From: a virus
Lineage: Duplodnaviria; Caudoviricetes
Strand: one strand, 5' to 3'
DNA length: 64,000 nucleotides
IMG/VR virus record: IMGVR_UViG_3300048591_000242
Location: 138,180-202,179 of that record
Of the stretch, positions 56,624 through 64,000 are shown in pieces; positions within the stretch are counted from its first letter, which is position 1, and the number at the start of each line of letters is the position of its first letter. Both the position numbers and the translations under genes were made by a program. The notes beneath the pieces were generated by a model. It did no database searches. It saw only the letters and a list, made by a program, of their open reading frames with translations, and was not told where the DNA came from.

Positions 56624-58321
56624 ATGCCCGTTGTAACATTAGCTGTACCGCAGACACAGGAGACAGTTACACGCAGTGTAGTAAAGTCAGTTGTAGGTGA
56701 TATAATGGCCAGTATAGGAGTCTCCCCAGATACTGACGTTATCTACAAGGAAGAAATAGGCTCTCCTCCTACTACTGGGGGTACCTTAAATCAAACTCCT
56801 AGTGTAAAGCTTAGACAAGACAATCACGTAGTAGTAAGTTACGTAGAGAAATATACTGAAGACGGTGTACTTAGCAGTGCTATGTATAACACCGAGTATC
56901 CTCACGTTTTTTCTGATAGAGACATCGGTATCTTTATTAAACCTACTTATGCTAGAGTACAGATAGAGGCTACTATTAGATTTGAGTTTAGAGAAAAGAC
57001 GGCTCTTAGTAGAATCCGTAGACTATTTAGAATGCACCATGGTAAGGGAATATTAGCTAACAAACATAACGTTAGATATGAGTATTCTTTACATAATGAC
57101 CTACTAGCCTTCTTATATGACGCACACGCCATGCAGGAGCCCGTAGGCGGCGTTACGGAGACACTTAAGGAGTATCTACAGAGGTGCTTCTTACAGGGCT
57201 TAGGGAGGCGTACAAGCCGTTCTGGAGACAACGTCAGATTAATACTGGATGAGATACAAGGAAACATTATAGGAAGCTACAGTGAAGAGAACTTCTATAA
57301 TGAGTCTGAAAGTGAGGGAGGTAACTACGCTTTAGAGTTTACGTATACTTTCTCCTATAACCAGATACAGGGTACTATAGCTCAGTACCCTAATGTAATT
57401 CATAATAAAAGAATACCTAAGTCATATCGAGTAGCTTGGGCTGTAGCCGATATACCTACAGATGAGGAGACCTCCATAAAGACACTCTCCTATATGCCTC
57501 CTTTATGGAGAGGTAGAGTAGGTAAGTATTATAGAGGACTAGGTGGATATAAGTTAGACCCTACTGATGAGTGGGAACCTAAGAATAGTACGCCTAATAT
57601 AAAGCCTATTGTACTTACCCCGGTAAGAGTAAATATGGGTGATCCTAATTTGCTGTTAAGTGTCTATGATTTTACAGAAGAGCAACTGCCTTTATATATA
57701 AAGGAATATATCTGTAAGTATAGTTCAGTGATACATGAGTTACACCAGACTCCGTTTTTAGTACAAGCTTATGGTGTGGATGCTAAAGAAACACAAACCA
57801 CCATAACAGTATTGCCTAACGGTGAAATACGAAGTACGTTACCTCTTAGTATACTAAAGAGACACTATGTGCGTATATCCATGATGACAGATTTATCTAA
57901 ATTACCTACCATACACGTAGGGGATATGCTGGTAAATCCAGTGGATACCGTTAGGGTATTGCGTGCTTTACATCCTAATGTAAAGATAACCGACAAACAT
58001 CAACCGTATGAGTTTTCCGCTGGTGAGTCTAGAGGCGAAATAGTTTTATCCGTATTGGGTGCTTCTGTAGAGACTACAATAATGCCGCCTTCTGTAGAGC
58101 CTCCTTTAGAAACAGAAAGTACAGCAGTAATTGTAACTAAGCTTAATAACGGTAATCGTGAGGTTAGGGTAATAGACTACAGTGTTGGTAAAATAAAGGC
58201 AGATAGCTTTAGGAAAGCTATTAAGAAGATATCTACTACTAGTAGAGCCTACGCCAATATGGACGAGAACAACCCAAGACTATCCAGTAACGTCAGTGTT
58301 GCTACTAGAAGAAGCAACTAG
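56624..58321 (+). CDS. Conserved virion structural protein
   Basis: 565 aa, AGGAG SD, phiKZ-like structural order. Confidence 0.55.
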   Translation: MPVVTLAVPQTQETVTRSVVKSVVGDIMASIGVSPDTDVIYKEEIGSPPTTGGTLNQTPSVKLRQDNHVVVSYVEKYTEDGVLSSAMYNTEYPHVFSDRDIGIFIKPTYARVQIEATIRFEFREKTALSRIRRLFRMHHGKGILANKHNVRYEYSLHNDLLAFLYDAHAMQEPVGGVTETLKEYLQRCFLQGLGRRTSRSGDNVRLILDEIQGNIIGSYSEENFYNESESEGGNYALEFTYTFSYNQIQGTIAQYPNVIHNKRIPKSYRVAWAVADIPTDEETSIKTLSYMPPLWRGRVGKYYRGLGGYKLDPTDEWEPKNSTPNIKPIVLTPVRVNMGDPNLLLSVYDFTEEQLPLYIKEYICKYSSVIHELHQTPFLVQAYGVDAKETQTTITVLPNGEIRSTLPLSILKRHYVRISMMTDLSKLPTIHVGDMLVNPVDTVRVLRALHPNVKITDKHQPYEFSAGESRGEIVLSVLGASVETTIMPPSVEPPLETESTAVIVTKLNNGNREVRVIDYSVGKIKADSFRKAIKKISTTSRAYANMDENNPRLSSNVSVATRRSN

Positions 58322-58344
58322 ACATAACTTAGAGAGTATATGAA

Positions 58345-59571
58345 ATGCCTTTCTTTGAAGATGATGAAGAAGAGTTAGAAATACCGGTACCGGTAGTTTC
58401 TCCTGTAGATAACAACGCCAGCTCCCCTGTATACGAGGAGCAAGATAATCGCCAATCACTTATAGTGGACATAGAAGGTGAGCCTTGGGAGGTATCCTAT
58501 TACGGACAAATACTGTCTAGTACGGAATCCCCAAAACCGTTAGATATACATCTGGATGCTACACTGCAGCAATATATACACATAAAGTCATTTATTTTAA
58601 GTGTAACTGAAGAGCTATCCAGTGATGTAGATACTGAAACCGGTACTACTACAGTAACTGGGACAGGTGTGGTATATCCGCTTACAGTAGTACCTAACGT
58701 AGGGGATATGTTTATAGGTAAAATGGACTTAGGCTTTAATGGTCTATTTACCATAACTACTGTACGTAGAGAAGGCTTCTATGATAGAAGTGCCTATACC
58801 GTAGAATATAGACTGTTTGATCAGTTAGATAATACTCTTAGAGATAACTTGACTCTTAAAACCGTAGAGAACAAGTACTTCGATAAGATAAGACTACTCT
58901 CTGGTAGATCCCCTTTAATAAGCTATGCTGCAGCTAATGCCTCTGTAGGGTATAAACAGGCCTTAGAAAATGTACTAGATATTCTTTATCAGAGTTTTTA
59001 TGATGAAAGAATGCAAACCTTTATCTATCCACACAACGACTCAGTTACTGTATATGACCCATGGGCAGTAAACTTCTTTAATCAGGTGATACCCAGAAAG
59101 TATATTAACAAATACAGTATGCCTAAAGAGTACTCCATAGGGGTAGCTGACGTTAATAAAAAGGCTACACTGTGGAGAGCTATAGTTAATGTAAATGGCC
59201 ATGGCCTGGATTATTTGTACCCCAGGGTATTTAACCTAGTGTCTGCTAGTAGACTAGGCACCTTGTATATTCAGAATACCATAGCCCACGCCCCCGTTGA
59301 CTATGTACCTATGCCTGATAAGTTCACGCCTGGGTTTACAGTACCTGCAGGTGCAGAGACCTATGTCTTTACCGAAGCCTTTTATGATAAAGACTTAGAA
59401 AACGCTACTGCATTGGAGAAGGCGGTACTTACTGTTATAGATGGTAAGGTACCTACGGATGGTGTAATAGACTCCCTACTAGATACATTAAAGACACTAT
59501 CTGGTAAAGATCTATTCTACGCGTCTGTATTAATGGCTTCTATTTTAACTATCAGAATTACCGAGGGATAA
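58345..59571 (+). CDS. Virion structural protein (neck/head-tail region candidate)
   Basis: IEGEPWEVSYYGQ and PNVGDMFI motifs; synteny. Confidence 0.5.
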   Translation: MPFFEDDEEELEIPVPVVSPVDNNASSPVYEEQDNRQSLIVDIEGEPWEVSYYGQILSSTESPKPLDIHLDATLQQYIHIKSFILSVTEELSSDVDTETGTTTVTGTGVVYPLTVVPNVGDMFIGKMDLGFNGLFTITTVRREGFYDRSAYTVEYRLFDQLDNTLRDNLTLKTVENKYFDKIRLLSGRSPLISYAAANASVGYKQALENVLDILYQSFYDERMQTFIYPHNDSVTVYDPWAVNFFNQVIPRKYINKYSMPKEYSIGVADVNKKATLWRAIVNVNGHGLDYLYPRVFNLVSASRLGTLYIQNTIAHAPVDYVPMPDKFTPGFTVPAGAETYVFTEAFYDKDLENATALEKAVLTVIDGKVPTDGVIDSLLDTLKTLSGKDLFYASVLMASILTIRITEG

Positions 59572-59574
59572 GTA

Positions 59575-60225
59575 ATGTCAGAAAAAAGATATGTTGAACT
59601 TGCAAATCTAATATTTGATAAGGCATTTGCTTGTTCCGCCATACCTAAGTATTTAGATGCTGCCTCTCCGCGTACTGATGGTTTAGGAGAAGACGCTGTT
59701 CTCTATAATGCAGATGGAGTACAGTTGGAAGTATGTTCTCCTAACGAGGCATTTATAATTGACGCCATGTGTGGCCATATCTCATACACCGGTAACAAGA
59801 ATGAAGATGAGGATAGGGCACATACTCCGATAGACGTATATTTACCTATGTCTGTTATGGCGGAGATGCTATATTTAGGTGGTAATTTTATTATACAAGA
59901 TCCAAGAGATACTACTATAATAAATGATACTTTAGACGAATACTTGAGTTTGGTATTTGAAAGAAAGCGAATGGAGCCACATTACATGCCGCCCCCAGAA
60001 GAAGACCTAGATAAACTGCATAAGCTAAATAAGGCAGTAGAGCCCTTAGCTAGACGTTTAGGTACATTAGGTCTGGGTACTGGTACATGGGCTGAGATTG
60101 AGGCTCTGTTTACGCGTACAGGTAACTATGTAGTAGGCGGTAACAATGACGCTTTGCTTTCTGCGGTAGGGGAAGTATCTAACCGAGGTAAGAGTAAGGG
60201 TCCAGTAGATCCGTATAAATTTTAA
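59575..60225 (+). CDS. Conserved hypothetical protein
   Basis: 216 aa, PPPEEDLDKL motif, structural operon. Confidence 0.55.
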   Translation: MSEKRYVELANLIFDKAFACSAIPKYLDAASPRTDGLGEDAVLYNADGVQLEVCSPNEAFIIDAMCGHISYTGNKNEDEDRAHTPIDVYLPMSVMAEMLYLGGNFIIQDPRDTTIINDTLDEYLSLVFERKRMEPHYMPPPEEDLDKLHKLNKAVEPLARRLGTLGLGTGTWAEIEALFTRTGNYVVGGNNDALLSAVGEVSNRGKSKGPVDPYKF

Positions 60226-60271
60226 ACGGTATCTACCTCTATTTTAAGTATGTTTTAAGAGGAACGTTTCA

Positions 60272-61633
60272 GTGAGTATTTCAAACGCTAGTACATTTGC
60301 TGAGCTAATGGAACTTAACAAATATCCGGTAGCTCTAGTAAACTGGAAGATAGAAGCAAAGCTTATTGTAAAGGGTGAGACAATAGGTATAGCTAATGTA
60401 GTGGCTTATCGAAAGTTTGCTGACTACGAGAAGAAATATTACGCAGATATGTTTCTTACTATAGAGGTAGACCCTATTGCTCATAGAGCCATACTGGGTA
60501 ATTTAAATAACGTACAGATCTCAATAACCAAGGCATTGCAGTCTGCAGACGGTATTTATACCACTGGTTTACGTAGAGTGAGTCAGATATTTAATGCCTA
60601 TTTAACCGATGCCACTAACAGTAACCTAATGTCAGTAAGTGGCTCTGGTAAGTTAAAGGGAGATAGCGTAGAGCAAATTAGTACTCTACGCTCACTGTCA
60701 TTTCAGCTAATAGAGCCTGTAGTAGCGGACATGCGTTTAGCTGAAACTGGAGGTATATATAAATCTACTACTCTGGAAAACGTACTACGGGTAACTCTAG
60801 GTTATGGTTTAGGAGAAGAACCTAAACCAGATCTATGGAAAGAGCCTTCTTATACCGGTATAAGGGGGGTAGATGTAATTACACCAAACAACAACACCGT
60901 ATATCAGCATATCGTTATACCTAATGGTACTAGACTAGTAAATATACCTAAATTTCTACAAGAGGAATACGGTATATATAGTAGTGGTTTGGGCTGGCAA
61001 ATTGAAGACGGCAGATGTTATTTATACCCATTGTTAAACTACAATGAGTACGACAAAAGACATGTAGTCTTAACTATACTAAATGTACCTACCGATGAAA
61101 TTCCTACAATGGAGAGAACCTTTATTTTAAGAGATAAGGAGATTTATATATTTGCTACTGGTGAAACTAAACATCTAGATATATCGGAAAACGTACAAAC
61201 CAACATGGGAAATGGGATACGCTTTAGTACCTCTAGAGATCTATTAGATGGAATGGTAGTTACCTCTGAGAATATATCCAAGTTAAGCTCTAAGGAAAAC
61301 GTCAAGTCCATGCTTTTAAGTGAAAGACCGAATGGTAAGAACAACATTAGGTTTGTAAAAGATAGATTTACCGACAACCCGTATAAGGATACCAGTGCCC
61401 TTACTATGGGACTAGGCACTAGAATAAGGGTAAACTGGGACAACTCTGACCCTAGTCTGTTATATCCTGGTATGCAGGTTAAGTTTTTGTATAAGGATGC
61501 TGGATTAATAAAGGAAATGAAAGGGGTACTTATAGGGCTGGAAGTAATAACCTCGCCTTCTACTGGTTCTATTTTAGACAACCACTATATAACCCAATCA
61601 GTATTAACTCTACAGATAAACAAAGTAGGCTAA
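60272..61633 (+). CDS. Baseplate hub-like virion protein (T4 gp27-type, phiKZ gp101-like)
   Basis: 453 aa, YGIYSSGLG, LLYPGMQVKF; directly convergent with DnaB as in phiKZ-like phages. Confidence 0.55.
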   Translation: MSISNASTFAELMELNKYPVALVNWKIEAKLIVKGETIGIANVVAYRKFADYEKKYYADMFLTIEVDPIAHRAILGNLNNVQISITKALQSADGIYTTGLRRVSQIFNAYLTDATNSNLMSVSGSGKLKGDSVEQISTLRSLSFQLIEPVVADMRLAETGGIYKSTTLENVLRVTLGYGLGEEPKPDLWKEPSYTGIRGVDVITPNNNTVYQHIVIPNGTRLVNIPKFLQEEYGIYSSGLGWQIEDGRCYLYPLLNYNEYDKRHVVLTILNVPTDEIPTMERTFILRDKEIYIFATGETKHLDISENVQTNMGNGIRFSTSRDLLDGMVVTSENISKLSSKENVKSMLLSERPNGKNNIRFVKDRFTDNPYKDTSALTMGLGTRIRVNWDNSDPSLLYPGMQVKFLYKDAGLIKEMKGVLIGLEVITSPSTGSILDNHYITQSVLTLQINKVG

Positions 61634-61644
61634 ACGGCATAAAT

Positions 61645-61675
61645 CTACAGGTACTCCTAACCGGAGTACCTGTAG
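61645..61675. terminator. Bidirectional terminator
   Basis: CTACAGGTACTCC-TAACC-GGAGTACCTGTAG. Confidence 0.85.
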
Positions 61676-61689
61676 TCTATGTCTGTTAT

Positions 61690-63261
61690 CTACCAAGGAT
61701 CATCATTATGCTCAGCCTGGTCTTCTGAACTACTTACCGATTCACCGCTATCTCTATTTACATTGGTGCTTGTAAGCGGACCATGCATGCATAGCGGTAC
61801 ATCTAACATCACGTCATCCAATAACCCACCTACAGGTGCAAATGGTTGGAAGTATGTGCGATGTTTTTCAGGGGTGTCCTCCCCTCCACGATGTTTTCCT
61901 CTAGCTACGGTTAAATAACTAACGCCGTCTAGTTTTACAATGTGAGTTATTATCTCAAGATCAAGCTTAGTATGGAGCGATTTAGTATTTCTATAATAGC
62001 CACCAGTGGATACTTTCTCTGCGAAATTAGCGGTACCTTCGCGTGCTAACTGCTGTGCTTCTGTAGACAACTGGTGTGCCGTAACAACAGTTATGCCTTT
62101 AGGAAAACAATGGTTTCGTATTACCTGAAAGGCATCGTTTATAGCCTCGTCTCGTCTATCTGCACTTTTGGCTATATTTACAATTAACTCCATGTAATCT
62201 ACCACCAATAGATGTAACTCATATCCATCAGCCTCGTATTTAGAAATAAGATCAATAAGGTCATATACATCAAAGTTATTTGGGTCATAACACTCCATGC
62301 CAAACTTATATCCATTTACCTCTAATCTATTTTTTATGTATTGGGCTGCCTTTACCTGATCTATTTCGGAGAGTGTTATTTTTTCACCAGTCTCTTGCTC
62401 TATAAGAGACTTGTAGATTATAGGTAAATCTTGCTCCAGTTTGTTTTCAAAAGACACCCGAAGTACCAATGGTTTCTTTTTTACATCAAACATAAAGGGT
62501 GTGTTGTATAACGGCACCTGTCTGGCTAGATCGTTAAGCATACCTGTTTTGTAATTGTGAGTAAGTGCACCCACGTTAATAAGCTCACCTCTACGTAAAC
62601 CTATACCACCGGCCATTCTATTCAGACCTACAAACCCAGTACGCAGTAAGCCTTCAGGAGAGTTTACTTCTTTAGCCGTTTCAAAAACCTTTTCCATGGC
62701 CTCCAGATCTGTAGTAATTAATCTACCTACAAAGCCTGCTTTTTCACTCCCTTCTGGATCTACATTGTATTTAGCCAGATTCTCCTGTAACTCTCTTATG
62801 GCTTCTTTAGTATCTATACCACTGGCACTAAAGTTAATCCGATGATTCATTCTAGCTACTAGTTTCTTTATTCTCTGCTTGTTTAAATCAAACTTTAATT
62901 CAGAGTTTATAGAACGAATTCTTTTTCTAGATCTATCCTCGTCACCTTCTATGGATATAGATAACTCCAGTTCGTTTAAGTAGCTAGTTTCCCCTCTTAG
63001 ATTAATTCTAATTCTACCTAAAATATCTTCCTTATTAAAATCAATACCTTCTTCTACAGAAAGCATCCAGTCAGCCATAGATCTTAGGTTGATGGATATT
63101 ATACCATCACTACCGTCTCCTATTGTAGCGGTAGGTAATTCTATATACGTTAATGTCTCCTTTATGGTCTTCTTAATATCTGTCCAGTTACCTGGGGTTT
63201 TGTTAATTAGATAAAGGGCAGTTATGCAACGTATTAAAACAACATATGGATTGTCATACAT
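61690..63261 (-). CDS. dnaB: DnaB-like replicative helicase (phiKZ gp118-like)
   Basis: LRTGFVGLNRM, degenerate Walker A GALTHNYKT, VVDYMEL, AHQLS, ARGKHRG. Confidence 0.88.
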   Translation of the reverse strand: MYDNPYVVLIRCITALYLINKTPGNWTDIKKTIKETLTYIELPTATIGDGSDGIISINLRSMADWMLSVEEGIDFNKEDILGRIRINLRGETSYLNELELSISIEGDEDRSRKRIRSINSELKFDLNKQRIKKLVARMNHRINFSASGIDTKEAIRELQENLAKYNVDPEGSEKAGFVGRLITTDLEAMEKVFETAKEVNSPEGLLRTGFVGLNRMAGGIGLRRGELINVGALTHNYKTGMLNDLARQVPLYNTPFMFDVKKKPLVLRVSFENKLEQDLPIIYKSLIEQETGEKITLSEIDQVKAAQYIKNRLEVNGYKFGMECYDPNNFDVYDLIDLISKYEADGYELHLLVVDYMELIVNIAKSADRRDEAINDAFQVIRNHCFPKGITVVTAHQLSTEAQQLAREGTANFAEKVSTGGYYRNTKSLHTKLDLEIITHIVKLDGVSYLTVARGKHRGGEDTPEKHRTYFQPFAPVGGLLDDVMLDVPLCMHGPLTSTNVNRDSGESVSSSEDQAEHNDDPW

Positions 63262-63381
63262 GTTAAGGATTCCATTTTAGCTTGTTATGTATTCTGGGTA
63301 CAATATCTTATTGGCGGTAAAAAACCACAGTTAATCTGACTGAATGCTATGATAACTATTACTAACACTGGGTATTAAATT

Positions 63382-63816
63382 ATGAAAGCTGTTTATTTAA
63401 GTGAAACATTCCGTAATGCATTAACCGCTAATGGTTTACCTATTAGAAGCATTAAGTCATTAGAGGATTTACATAAGTACTTCACATACGACGATTGCTA
63501 TGTTATCAAATGTGAGACTGAGGCTTTATTAAACACAAATGCTCTAGTTGGTTATAAGTTTGAATCTTTACTGGTCGATGAGGATGCACCTTATAGTGCA
63601 CCCCCTGCCAAGGTGATAGATTCTATGCGTAAAGAACTGTCTGATGCAACATTTAAATGTGTTGCTGTGGACCCCAATATAGTAGTATTGTATGCATACT
63701 CAATGACACCACCTCAACGAGGCTGTATCGAGAATGTATTCAATGCGCTGGCTCTGATCATGCCGGTGAATGCAGTAATGCAGACTGGACAATATCAACA
63801 CTATATTCTTCAATAG
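63382..63816 (+). CDS. Conserved protein upstream of the major capsid gene
   Basis: 144 aa, divergent from DnaB as in phiKZ-like order. Confidence 0.6.
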   Translation: MKAVYLSETFRNALTANGLPIRSIKSLEDLHKYFTYDDCYVIKCETEALLNTNALVGYKFESLLVDEDAPYSAPPAKVIDSMRKELSDATFKCVAVDPNIVVLYAYSMTPPQRGCIENVFNALALIMPVNAVMQTGQYQHYILQ

Positions 63817-63839
63817 TAACGTTACTAAGGATTATCTAA

Positions 63840-64000
63840 ATGTCAATTATTTCAAAGAAAAACACACGTGGGGTTCAGGTAGCTGACGTTATCGCCCAAG
63901 TATCAAACATTTTCAGTGACCACCGTGGCGACTTGTTCGATGCAGATGCAGCACGCGCAGTTGTTGGTATGGAGTCGTTACAAGGCGCTGAGTTAGTAAA
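63840..64000 (+). CDS. Major capsid protein, N-terminal fragment (truncated by window end)
   Basis: AAGGA SD, MSIISKKNTRGVQVADVIAQ...VGME|SLQ propeptide cleavage motif, synteny after DnaB and the 144 aa gene. Confidence 0.65.
   Translation, partial: MSIISKKNTRGVQVADVIAQVSNIFSDHRGDLFDADAARAVVGMESLQGAELV

Noticed and set aside
61690-63261. Non-canonical Walker A (GALTHNYKT) in DnaB
   Set aside because: As recalled, phiKZ-like DnaB homologues share this degenerate P-loop; other motifs are intact
1719-63839. Many short antisense or overlapping ORFs in the track (e.g. 1719..2042, 5442..5768, 17359..17664, 28486..29082, 50522..50821, 61144..61581)
   Set aside because: Shadows of long, motif-bearing genes on the opposite strand or frame; no SD or recognisable motifs
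1-64000. tRNA/rRNA genes and stop-codon reassignment
   Set aside because: No cloverleaf or rRNA signatures noticed by eye; core genes translate full-length with the standard code (tRNAscan-SE would be the formal check)

Overview
AT-rich, densely coding 64 kb segment of a phiKZ-like, nucleus-forming jumbo phage (Chimalliviridae type), standard genetic code. Family calls come from recognised motifs plus recalled phiKZ gene order; no database search was run. Left part (1.7-26 kb): phage-nucleus and transcription block with putative chimallin, four non-virion RNA polymerase subunits (beta' N-terminal split by a group I intron carrying an HNH gene, sigma-like subunit, beta C-terminal, beta' C-terminal), SbcD-like nuclease, probable ChmC and PicA homologues, and an SF2 helicase with a class 3 intein. 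Middle (26-35 kb): accessory region with duplicated internal-head proteins, a ClpP pair, a lipase-like hydrolase, a dNMP kinase and an ~840 bp structured non-coding gap. Right (35-64 kb): virion RNAP beta' subunit, one half of the split family B DNA polymerase, head and baseplate proteins, DnaB-like helicase and the start of the major capsid gene. The best candidate for an undescribed system is a phage-encoded proteolysis toolkit: an intact ClpP translationally coupled to a catalytically dead ClpR-like paralogue, two SspB-like adaptors with ClpX-docking-like tails, and a possible HslV-fold pseudo-protease. Other notable signals: a TATGC motif 3' of terminator hairpins even where it points antisense, a CAACCAC leader at fixed distance from four early promoters, and a probable AUA start codon. 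No tRNA, rRNA or CRISPR array was seen.
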